Notes under the pieces: model-generated
What the model was told of the DNA's origin: nothing
What the model saw: the letters and a program-made list of their open reading frames with translations, nothing else
The model's database searches: none
Part shown: positions 25,858-38,955 of the stretch, piece by piece
Layout of the letters: each line of letters begins with the position of its first letter
Position numbering within the stretch: the first letter of the stretch is position 1
NCBI GenBank assembly: GCA_951406725.2
Contig: OX597819.1
Coordinates: forward strand, 3,720,001 to 3,784,000
Length of the DNA: 64,000 bases
Direction: 5' to 3'
Source of the DNA: Octopus vulgaris
Taxonomy: Eukaryota
Translations under genes and position numbers: made by a program

Positions 25858-26928
25858 TTCTCTTTACCACAGGTTTTGTTGGAGCTCCTGGAATCTTGCA
25901 TGCGTAGCGAGCTTGCTACCTTCTACTTACAGTACCATGCTTTCCGTCCTTTTCAGCTATCTAATACTTTCCTGATTATTCTGGCCGTACCAAGGGGGCA
26001 AACCTGTTGTAACAGTTACTGGGCACTCTATTCAAATTTCCTTTATATTCCTCTTGATGCCTTCTAATACTGTTCCCAAGAACCCAACAATAATTCGCAC
26101 TATCTTCATCTTCTTTATTTTCCATAGACGGATTACTTCGTACTTAAGAGGGTTGTATTTATCTATCTTTTCGCCTTCCTTCTTGACTATTCGTGGCTCA
26201 ATGGAGAATGCAACATCACCTACATAGCAAATGTGGTGCACCTTGCCCAATACTACTAGGTCCGGTCTGTTATGCTCTAGCACCTGACCTGGTTGGGGTG
26301 GGAAATCCAAAAGGATTTTGCATGTCTCTGACTCCGCTGCCCTCTGTGGTTTGTACTCATACCACGTCTTGTCTCTCTCTATCCCCCACTTTTCGCACAG
26401 TTTTCAGTGTAGCACTTTCGCTACCTGATCATGTCGCCAAAACTTGTAGTGGTTTGGGGGTATGTCTAGGGCATTTGTTCGTGACATAGGCAATAGTTTC
26501 ATCCACTCTGGGCTAGGTATCTCATTAAGCTCTCAAGTTAGATACGCACGCAGTTCTCCACACTTATCGGTCCTCTTCTTCCATTTTCTATCTTTATGCA
26601 TAGGCGATCAGTGTCTGCACGTGGATGATGAGCTCCATGCATTGTTATGAGCTTTCTTGATTTCCTGTCCATCTCCTTTAGCTCCTCTTCTGTCCCTTTC
26701 AGGATTCCAGCGCCATACCGAACTACTACGACTGCGCGCAAGCTTATTGCCGAAATTATGTTTCTGACATTCACCTTCGAAGTCAATGTTTTTTTTCACT
26801 CACCGCAGGTACTCTCATTTTGTCTTTTTCTCCATGTCGTTGTTTTGGATTCCTTCTGCCTCAAATATTCCCAGATATTTATAACTGACTTGAGGTTGAA
26901 TTGCCTTCATCATTTCACCTTCTGTCCT

Positions 26929-26983
<55 letters not shown>

Positions 26984-28320
26984 CATCATCATCATCACCA
27001 TCACCATCACCACCACCACCACCACCACCACCACCACCACAACCACCACCACCATTGGATCTTTTGCCGTGTGTCATGTGTAAAGATCTACTTTCCATTT
27101 CTTCATGCTACAGCTAAATAATTCTCTTATGTTGTCTGCTATACTGAATATACTCAAACTTATCCATTAGTGTGGGATCATGTCATAGGCTTTCCTATAA
27201 TCTGCCCATGCTATTGTTAGATTTTTCTTTCTAGCTTTTAGTTCATTTAAAACTGCCTTGTCTATGTATATTAGATAATGGCGCCCCCTAGCTTTATTCC
27301 TGCAACCTTCCTGTTTTTCTGGCAGTAAATTCTGATTGTCTAGGAGCTCATAAAGGCTTTCTGAAACCATTCCTGTTAACAGGTTCCACACTAATGGTAA
27401 GCAAGTGATTGGTCAATAGTTGCTAGCTGTATTATTCTTGCTCTTATCTTTCATGATGACTATTGTGCCCCCTCTAGTCATCCAAACTGGTACCTTTCTC
27501 CATTTAGGCAATCTTGAAGTTCTCTCAGCTGCCCATATAAACTACTAGTTTTCTTTAGCCAGTACCCTTGAACTAAATCTAGTCCTGGGTCCTTCCAATT
27601 CAGTATTTTCCCTAACACTTTACTCATTAATCTAAGTTAATCTAGTTAATCACAGATCTGTTAATCATAGAGCTGGCTGCTTCTCACTCACTACTTTTCC
27701 CTCACTTTCTTCAACCAATACTGCATCTCCATTATGTTTCACTCCTTGTTCGTTGATTAATTCTCCGAAATCTCTTTGGCATACATTTGTCAAAAAAGAT
27801 GGATATGTCTCCCTGAGTACACAGATGTTTAATGTCTTTCTTTTTTGCGATATCTAAGATGATTCACTTTCCTTTTCTTGCCACTTGAACAGACAAATTC
27901 TTGAGGAAATGCTCATTGCCACCTATCTGGTTTATGTGCTTGTACTACTTCTCCGTTTCCACGTGAAGGTGCTGCCGTACGGTCTAATGGACTCAACAGT
28001 AGAAATATCCTGTTTTTGAAGAATTGACCAGCCTCCAATGATGCGAGAAGCTGCTCTTCTTTCGTAATAGTTAGAACTTTTTTCACAATGTCTTGCTATA
28101 TCATTACTGAGTTTTGCAGCAGTAAGGCATGCAGTGGTTTCTCACATTTTTTTGCAGTATTTTTCTGAAATCCATTTTAGATTTACCTTTTGTTTTCCAT
28201 TTCTTCATGCTACAGCTAACTCACCTTTCTGCAGCTTCGTATATTTCTTAAACGTATTATTAAGCGTAATCACTTTTTCGTTTGTATATCATTATTTCCT
28301 TGCGCATAAAACGTTTTTTC
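25858..28320 (-). mobile_element. R4/Dong-like REL-endonuclease LINE relic
   Basis: ORF 27167-27391 has AWADYRKAYDMIPH (RT), ORF 26538-26786 has HPRAD.DRL...GRRG, and ORF 26032-26310 has HNRPDLVV...D...E.EKIDKY..L (REL). The 3' end abuts (TTA)n 25784-25856. Confidence 0.88.
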
Positions 28321-28330
28321 ATCATCATAC

Positions 28331-28673
28331 CACAGGAGTGGCTGTGTGGTAAGTAGCTTGCTAACCAACCACATGGCTCCGGGTTCAGTCCCACTGCGTG
28401 GCATCTTGGGCAAGTGTCTTCTGCTATATGTATATTTATATATGTGTGTGTGTATGTGTGTGTGTTTGTGTGTTTGTCCCTCTAGCATTGCTTGACAACC
28501 GATGCTGGTGTGTTTACGTCCCCGTCACTTAGCAGTTCGGCAAAAGAGACCGATAGAATAAGTACTGGGCTTACAAAGAATAAGTCCCGGGGTCGATTTG
28601 CTCGACTAAAGGCGGTGCTCCAGCATGGCCGCAGTCAAATTACTGAAACAAGTAAAAGATAAAAGATAAAAGA
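28331..28673 (+). mobile_element. SINE family C (internally deleted)
   Basis: Head ggagtggctgtgtggtaagtagcttgc...gggttcagtccc, internal (TG)n, 3' tail (taaaaga)n. Homologous to 44571-45002. Confidence 0.85.
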
Positions 28674-29848
28674 TTTCAGTTATCAGTTCTCCTTTACTTA
28701 CTTATTATTATTTTTCTAGATTCATTGTTACTACGTTTTATTAGTTCTAAAATCTTTCTATTAGTATCAAACCTCTCCTTCTAAGTGTGCGGGATATCTA
28801 TATACTATGCATGTCATCTTTAGGATAGGGTCTTCAGAATATAGTTGGAGCAATTGTGTATTAGTCTCACAGTGGCGTCAGTATTGAGATGAGGGGAAAA
28901 GTAAAAGAATTTGAAGTGAGAAACATATATGATGGAACGAGGCTGGGTTCAATAAAGCAAGACGGATTAATCTAGAAATTGCTATTTTGTGTTGGGCACC
29001 CAAACGCAAGAAGAACGTGATCAAAACATGGGCCTCGAATTAGTTTTTAGACAGATTCCACACTCTCAAGGTTGAGAATTTTACAGATGAAATCAGTTTT
29101 ACCTTTCTGCTGGTGAAAAGTTTAGCCCTATGGTCAATATTTTGTATTACTACTGGAGAATTTCATGGAGCGTTTCGATAAGCTTTCCTCTAAGACAAAA
29201 ACGTTTCAGTAAGACAAAAGTGGATATTTTAAACTTTTCTCTCATTATCTCCTCTCTTTCGTTACTTTTTCTGTTACTCTTCGGCATGTAGCCATCTCTC
29301 CATCGATATTCTCTGTATGTCTTTGGAGTACTTTTATTACTGCCAGCTTCAATGTATATTTGTATAGTCTAAATTAAAAAAAAAAAAAAATTATCAAGTT
29401 CGTTTTTCCTCTCCTTAATCTTTTCTGACAGGCGAGTTAGTGACAGATGAAAAGCTCCTTCAGTTATGAGCATAATAGTATTGCGGTAACTTGTCGATCA
29501 AATTCGCTGCTCACGTGGTGGTCAAATTTGCATTTCATTATTCCGGAGTCATTAAAATAAATTCTCGCCAAATATAGTGGTCAATTAAAATTAAGTCTCT
29601 AACCTCAAAAGGGAGTAAGTTGTGGCTTTGTGGTTGCACTCTGAGCGCAAATTAAGCTTCCGGTAACCGGAAAGAAAGAACGGTGATTCTTCTGTTAGTT
29701 GCCGCATCTGACAGATGATAGTATTAGCAATGGGAAATCCATTGGAAATATGGTTACCTTGCTTCGATCAGGAGAATGGCGGCCACCAGCTCCATGTCTT
29801 ATACTGCGTGTAAATCTATGATTCTAATACAAATACACAGACGCACAT

Positions 29849-29947
<99 letters not shown>

Positions 29948-29961
29948 CAAACACACATATA

Positions 29962-30003
<42 letters not shown>

Positions 30004-31377
30004 CGTATATATATATGTAAGTATGTATTTGTATACATAGATACATATACATACATGACACACACACACACATGTTATAATTTATTGATCGTGCAATCGA
30101 AGTTTCGCTGTTGGTGGCTAATATCAATTGAATTTGTATTTCACCACCAGGCGAAACTTCGAAATTATAGTGAACAAATTATAATAGCTCTGACTATTAT
30201 ACTTCATATATGTACTAGGTTCTTTATTCCGGGAATGTTGTTTGTACGTGTATAAGCGTGTATATGTGTGCAAATATAGATAAATGCATATATATGTATA
30301 CATACATATATATATGTATATATCTATATACATATATATGTATGTATATGTGTGTATATATACATGCATATGTATGTATATATATATGTGTGTGAATATA
30401 TGTGTATATATGTATGTATATATATGTATATATATTATGAATGTGTGTGCATGTGTGTAGACATACATATATATTTATCAGGGCTTGCGTCTGTGTGCGT
30501 GTGTGTGTGTTTGTGCGTATGCATAAAATTATAGAAATGATGTTGAACAGGAAAGTATAAGGGCAGGGGGCATTGATAAAATGCCATCTAGTATAACAAC
30601 CCTTTATGTGCGAGCTACAATTTTGGTTAGTTACTAATGTTCGTTGTTGATATTTCTTTTATCATTATTTTATGGGTTTCATCTCGGCAACCCAAAATAT
30701 TTTCGATTCATCATATGTTTGGTATGCCTTCAATTCTGGCCATATCACTGATCTAATTTCGCAGAATCTTTGATGTGTTGGAATTCTGATACACAGCTTT
30801 GTTGTTTTTACCTCTCCGCCTCCCATCTCTATTCCTTCACCATCTGTATTCTCCTTTCCTTTTATTTCTTCTTCCGTTTTTTTTCTCTTTCACTCATTTT
30901 GCAGGGGAATTTTTTCTTTACTTCTTTGCATTCTACATAATTTGCCTTTCATGTGAAAAATTAATTCATATCTGATAATTCATCTCCTCCAGTTGCATCT
31001 ACATAGGTGCACTATTGGCTGTTAAATTTTTTGATAATGACTGGATATGGTTCTTATAGATCGATTGTTTAACAGCCTGTACGTTAAAAGTTTAGATGTA
31101 GATATATATGTAGCTATATAACTGGTAGAAATGTGACTGACTGCACATTCGCTATCTTCTGAAAATTCTAGTCGTTCTAAATATAGATGATATAGAGCAG
31201 AAATAAGTACAGAAATGCATACATATGGTCTAAAGTCATATCCTACCGATGGTCGATGTTCCGAGTTCAATGCGTCAGCGTGATACCTATATTAAAGTGC
31301 CTTCTACCACAGCCTGGGGACAATGAAACACTTGTGAGTGAAAGAAGGAAACGCAGACGACTGTCGTATGTATATGG

Positions 31378-31415
<38 letters not shown>

Positions 31416-31593
31416 TAGAGAGGGAGAGGGAGAGAAAGAAAGTGACTGAGCATACGTAGATAAATAAATATTGAGATAAATATGTATGTACAAATGAAGT
31501 AGTTTAACCTGAAGTTAACCAAGGCTGATCACACTTTTCTTAGCATAGAGAGATTCTCGTCGAAATTTCCTTTCGCATACATACATACATACA

Positions 31594-31644
<51 letters not shown>

Positions 31645-31739
31645 AAAGTTTAGATATACATATATATGTAGCTATATAACTGGTAGAAATGTGACTGGTT
31701 GCATCTGCTTGTTGTTTATACACCTGTCTTCGTCGTCTT

Positions 31740-33876
31740 TTGTTTTTCTGTAAATTTCTGCTATATATATATATATACGATAAATACAACGAGGACGAAT
31801 CGTTAGCCAGAAATAGGAGTAACTACACCCCCTCGAAAGGTAAGAACAAAACACTTGATGATTTCTGTGACCACATATCAAATTACCCATATCAACATAT
31901 GCACAAACAAAAACACAAACCAAACTTCAGCAAAAAAGAATGGACTGAGTTGAACAAATTAAAACTAGATAAAACAATAACAATCAAAGAGGCCGATAAA
32001 GGGAGTGCTGTTGTCTTAATGGATACGACATTTTACATAACTTTGGTACTTTCTATGCTGGAAGACACAACATACTATGAAAAGGCACAAAACTACAGTC
32101 AACAAAAAATAATGAGGGAACTAAAATCCATATTAAACCCATACGAAGCAGGGCTCACCGACAAAGAATATGATTATATGACCAATTTCACAAGTAAAAC
32201 TAGCCAATTCTACGGTATACCTAAGATCCACAAAAGTGAAAAAATAAGCAACGCATGCAAGATAGCTACAGACAAAATAATTAAAGTCCCTAATCCTAAT
32301 GACCTCAAATTGAGACCCATAATAGCAGGTCCCGCATGCGAAACCCACCGCCTCAGTAACTTTTTAGACACCCTGTTAAAACCACTCCTCAAACATGTCA
32401 AAAGCTATATAAGGGACGACTTAGATATGCTCAATCACCTACCGAATACTATAAACAAAAACACCATACTGGTATCCTTCGATGTAGTCAACCTCTACTC
32501 CAATACCCCCCACAACCTAGGACTAGAGGCAATCCAATTCTGGCTAGAGAATCACGCCAACGAACTACCACACCGCATCAAAAAAGAATTTGTGATAGAA
32601 GGGGTTAAATTAATCCTGGAAAATAACTTCTTCGCCTTCAATGACAACTTCTACCGACAAAAACCGGGGACTGCGATGGGTACACGAATGGCCCCCTCCT
32701 TTGCCAACCTAGTCATAGGATACCTAGAGATCAGTCTGTATCGTAAGGTTCTAGAAAGATATGGCAGCCCTTTCTCCATCTACATAGAAAACAACTGGAA
32801 GAGATATCTAGATGACTGTTTCATCCTTTGGCATAAAAATATAGAAAAACTCATAGAATTCCAGAAAATTTTAAACGGACTGGACGTAAACATCCAATTC
32901 ACGATGGAATATAGCCAACAACAACTCCCCTTCCTCGATATCCTCATTAAGAAAGCTAATAATATAATAGAAACAGACATATACTATAAGCCTACAGACT
33001 CTAAGCAATATCTTCCATTCAATTCATGCCACCCCAGACACACCAGGATGAATATCCCCTTCAATCTAGCAAAAAGGATATGCACTATAGTCTCTAACGC
33101 AAACACCAGAGACACACGACTACAAGAACTAAAAGATACCCTAATCACCAGGAACTATCCACCTTCACTTATTGACAAGTGCATTCAACGTGCCCTTCAA
33201 CTTAACATCAAGGAACTGAGACATCCCAAATCAAAGAAAAACTTACAACCAAAAGCCTTACCATACATCTCCACACACAACCCTCTCAATAACGAAGCCT
33301 TCGACACCATCCTCCACAACATACCCCTCCTAAAAAAAGACCACAGAATGAACACAATCCTCCAAACACACACGATCATAAAAAGCAAAAGACAGCCTAG
33401 ATCCATGAAAAGTCTCCTTACACAAGCCCGAATTCACTCCTCAACACAGAAGTCGACAGTAAAAAAATGTGGAAGACCCAATTGCGGGATATGCGACTAT
33501 CTAATTGAGGGATCAGAGTTCTCCTTCAAACAGGGACAACGGTTTACAGTGAAAAGCAACTTCACATGTGCTTCGGAGAACCTAATATACTCACTAACCT
33601 GCTCCGGGTGTCAAGAGCAGTACATAGGCCAAACAAAAAATGGTTTGCGTAAACGAATGGCCCTGCACAGATCCCAGATAAAAATTCCCCAAAACAGAAA
33701 AATAGCTTTTAGCCAACACATAGATACTTGCGCCAACAAAAAAAACACCAAACTTCAGAATTTTCCCCCTCTACCAATTTAGGGACGATACAACCTCGAG
33801 ACAACGAATAAGTAAAGAAAATCTCTTTATTACAAAATACAAGCCACTTCTAAACGGGTCTACGACAAACAATTAA
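31740..33876 (+). CDS. Penelope-like (Neptune-type) RT + GIY-YIG endonuclease, 5'-truncated, one frameshift
   Basis: IKEADKGS, FYGIPKIHK, LRPII, FDVVNLYSN, GTAMGTRMAP, RYLDD, LPFLDI, YYKPT, SCHP, Cys linker CGRPNCGIC, and NLIYSLTC..C...YIGQT. After the A8 run (33738-33745) the +1 frame continues ...RISKENLFITKYKPLLN to a stop at 33874-33876. The first codons of the called ORF overlap the (TA)n flank. Confidence 0.93.
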
Positions 33877-34695
33877 TATACCTCAACTTTAGAATAAAAG
33901 AAAAATATATATACACACACAAATATTACACTCCATAGAATCCATTACTAATCAGCCCCTTCATAGCTATACTTAAACCCATTCATATTCTCCCTCCTCT
34001 GTTTTTTTCTTCTTCTTCTTCTTCCTCTTCTTCTTCATTATCATCATTATCATCATCATCGTCGTCATCATCATCACCACCATCATCACCACCATCTTCT
34101 CCTTCTCCTCCTTCTTCTTCTTCTTCTTCTTCTTCTTCTTCTTCTTCTTCTTCATCATCATCATTATCATCATCATCGTCGTCATAATCATCACCACCAT
34201 CACCATCATCGTCATCTTCTCCTTCTCCTTCTTCTTCTTCTTCTTCTTCTTCTTCTCCACCCCTACCCCTTAACTTTGTCACTAATGTTTTTTAGTATAA
34301 CACCTACGCTAATTCTATAAACAAGCTGTCAATATAAATATTCTCCTGAATTGAACTGAGACTGCCAGCCGCCACTGACCATTCAAAATACGACCATCAG
34401 GGCACTCCCAGATTCTCCCACCCCCTTTCCTCACCAGCCTTCTTCCTCTACTACCCTACCAAGAACTCACAACGACCTCCGACACACAAGTGCAAACAAG
34501 GGAGTCAGAGAAAGGCAGAATGCCACTTAAATCTGAACACTACTATAGAAATATTCTTTTAAAAAAACTTTTCTTCTAATTTTTCTAAATTTAATTATTT
34601 AATCGTTACAGTTGAAAAGGTCTCAAAATGACCGAAACCGGTACTGAAATGTTCACTATAAAATTATTTTAGCATTTTCTATTTTTGACTTGTTT

Positions 34696-34698
<3 letters not shown>
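31778..34698 (+). mobile_element. Penelope-like retroelement inserted in (TA)n
   Basis: RT-EN ORF, 3' UTR with a (TTC)/(ATC) block and a terminal HHR. Bounded by (TA)n at about 31762-31777 and 34699-34750. Confidence 0.88.
34606..34649 (+). ncRNA. Minimal hammerhead ribozyme with U3:A8 core at the PLE 3' end
   Basis: ttaCAG-TTGAAAA-GGTC(tcaaaat)GACC-GAAA-CCGG-TA-CTGaaa. Palindromic stem III ACCGGT. Predicted cleavage after GUA at 34643. Confidence 0.75.
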
Positions 34699-34754
<56 letters not shown>

Positions 34755-35322
34755 CACGCATTCATTTTATGCATCTTGTCATTTGGATATATGTCCCAAA
34801 ATGTAATATGGACACACACATATATAGGTATGTATACATATAAATGCTTCTGTGTATAACATAGTTAATATTATTGGATCCTGTTGCATAATGAAAGATA
34901 TATGTTGGCTAGAAAATACTAGATTTTATCATAATTGTAGAATGTAAAGAAAATAACAACTCAGTTAATTCAGTTAGAACATAAATAGCTACTTTAAGCT
35001 ATATTTCCAGCCGGAAATAATGTAACAAAACTAAAATCGCCAGATAAGTTTAATGCAGACACAAAGACAACTCTGATAGCACAAAAGAGAATTGAAGAGA
35101 GTTGGATAATAGAGCCAAAATATGGATACCATTTTTAATTATGATTGACAGCTATACAACAAAATATTAGCTTAAAAGTATCTGTTATTAATCTACAAAT
35201 ATTAGATGCATAAATGTATATAATTAAAGTAATCTGCAGACAAAACCTTCGTACAGCTAAATAACAATTTAAATATTCCATCATTTAGCAGTCAACAATG
35301 TCATGCTGCTGGACAATAGTTT

Positions 35323-35713
35323 GGATGGATGGAAGCACTCCGTCGGTTACGACGATGAGGGTTCCGGTTGATCCGACCAACGGAACAGCCTGCTCGTGAA
35401 ATTAACGTGTAAGTGGCTGAGCACTCCACAGACACGTGTACCCTTAACGTAGTTCTCGGGGATATTCAGCGTGACACAGAGAGTAACAAGGCCGGCCCTT
35501 TTGAAATACAGGTACAACAGAAACAGGAAGAAAGAGTGAGAGAAAGTTGTGGTGAAAGAGTACAGCAGGGATCACCACCATCCCCTGCCGGAGCCTCGTG
35601 GAGCTTTAGGTGTTTTCGCTCAATAAACACTCACAACGCCCGGTCTGGGAATCGAAACCACGATCCTACGACCGCGAGTCCGCTGCCCTAACCACTGGGC
35701 CAGTGCGCCTCCA
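35323..35713 (-). mobile_element. SINE family B, copy 2
   Basis: 14-bp TSD ctggacaatagttt at 35309-35322 and 35714-35727, with a short (tgga)n tail. Confidence 0.93.
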
Positions 35714-36147
35714 CTGGACAATAGTTTAAGTATACATCCACTATTGTTACTACTCAAATTGTTGTCTACTAGTTTAACTTAACTTGGTCGTTGTACCTCT
35801 AAGCTTGTGGAACCTCTTAACTGCACGGGAGTGAAACAGTCAATTGCCAATTGCAAAAATGTAGGTTTTAGCAATCTAGACTTCATAATACAAATTTCTT
35901 GAATTCTGTGGAGCATGAATTCCTAATGATCGATTATGATCTTAAGGCTTATGCAAGCAGTAGTAAACGCTTTGCATTTGAATGAAGTACTATGTAAGAA
36001 TATATGTTAGAGAGATAACAGCATAAACATACAAGCCTTTCGTTTATTCAGATCAATTAGACAGATCAACATTCTGGAGTTCCGATTAGACTTACCAGTA
36101 GACATATGCAACAGAACTGCTGGACTGGCTGGTATACATGCACGTAT

Positions 36148-36193
<46 letters not shown>

Positions 36194-36309
36194 GCACACA
36201 CACACACACACATACACACACAAATACATCCGCACACACATTCACCTACAATCACACGCATACGCACACACTTTATGAAAACTCTTCAAGTCACTTTCGC
36301 ATAACCTGA

Positions 36310-36800
36310 TGTAATTCTTTTCGGGTTGGTTATCAAGTAAAGTTGCTGTAACTTCTGCCTCATACATGGCGGAGTTTATCATGAACTCCTTGTCGAGTGA
36401 ACAAGTTCCAGGGTCTCGACAGTTGCAATTGTGTGTTAGTTTCCTGATGGTGTTTGTAGGTAATGTTGCTTTTCATATTAGGGCAGCAGCTATATGATAA
36501 TGAAATTGAGTGTCTGTTAAAGATATCTCTGTATTCGTGATTTTCTGGAAATGTTTATCTAAGAGAGACAGGAATCTTTTTTTCTACATTAGTTTAACAT
36601 TTATGATACGGTTTATAAAACGTTCCATAAGCCTGCTGCCCACCTGTCGTGTTTAAAAACTTGAGAGCTAGCATTAGCAATAGGATATTCAACCTCTCTA
36701 CTTCTAAAGACATTTTTGATAATGCAGACTCCTACTATAACAATGCCTTAGCTAACATTTTTTTCTCATGATTTCTCTATTCTATTGTCCTGATTTATAA
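36310..36800 (-). mobile_element. PLE relic (Naiad-like RT-EN linker)
   Basis: Minus strand reads FLSLLDKHFPENHEYRDIFNRHSISLSYSCCPNM, then NCNCRDPGTCSL...MYEAEVT. Confidence 0.65.
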
Positions 36801-36941
36801 CTTATATAGGCCATGTACGCAGAGCCTGGAGGTTACTTGGAGACGCTAGGCGTGTTTTAAAACCTGCCTAGATGATATCTCCCGTGTATAAAACGTTTAG
36901 TAGCTAAGTACTATGTACTGTGTATATTAAACATTATCTAT

Positions 36942-38330
<1,389 letters not shown>

Positions 38331-38394
38331 AAAAAATAGAAGAGATATACATAGATGTATATATATACTCTTGTTTAACAGGGTAATTTTCTTG

Positions 38395-38425
<31 letters not shown>

Positions 38426-38467
38426 TGTATGTATGTATGTATGTATGTATGTATGTATGTATGTATG

Positions 38468-38537
<70 letters not shown>

Positions 38538-38566
38538 AAAGGTGCTACATATATGTGCATGTGTGC

Positions 38567-38608
<42 letters not shown>

Positions 38609-38650
38609 GAAAGAATGGAGTCGAACGACGATTTAACAAAATTCCTTTAT

Positions 38651-38731
38651 TCTCGACATATGTTTCGAAGACTGCATATTCCTAATTCCGAAGGAATAAG
38701 GGGTGCATTATGCCGCCTTATCATCAGGAAA
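38651..38731 (-). ncRNA. Hammerhead ribozyme, canonical core with extended stem II
   Basis: Minus strand: TTTC-CTGATGA-t-AAGGC...(internal TATTCCT/AGGAATA hairpin)...GTCTT-c-GAAA-CATATG-TC-GAGA. GUC cleavage triplet, palindromic stem III. Lies in a 310-bp cassette (38606-38918) between (TA)n runs. Confidence 0.75.
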
Positions 38732-38916
38732 GACAAGGAACTTATGTCAGCATCATGACGAACACAAACTGGGCAGTCATCTAAAACTTTTTTCCACACG
38801 AAAGCACGTGATCTCTGCCCTTGACATGTAGCTTCAACCGTGTTTTCTGACGTGAATTTGCTACCCGGGTATCGGTTAACCGAATTATCCATACTAGGAT
38901 AATTCATTCAACTACT

Positions 38917-38955
<39 letters not shown>

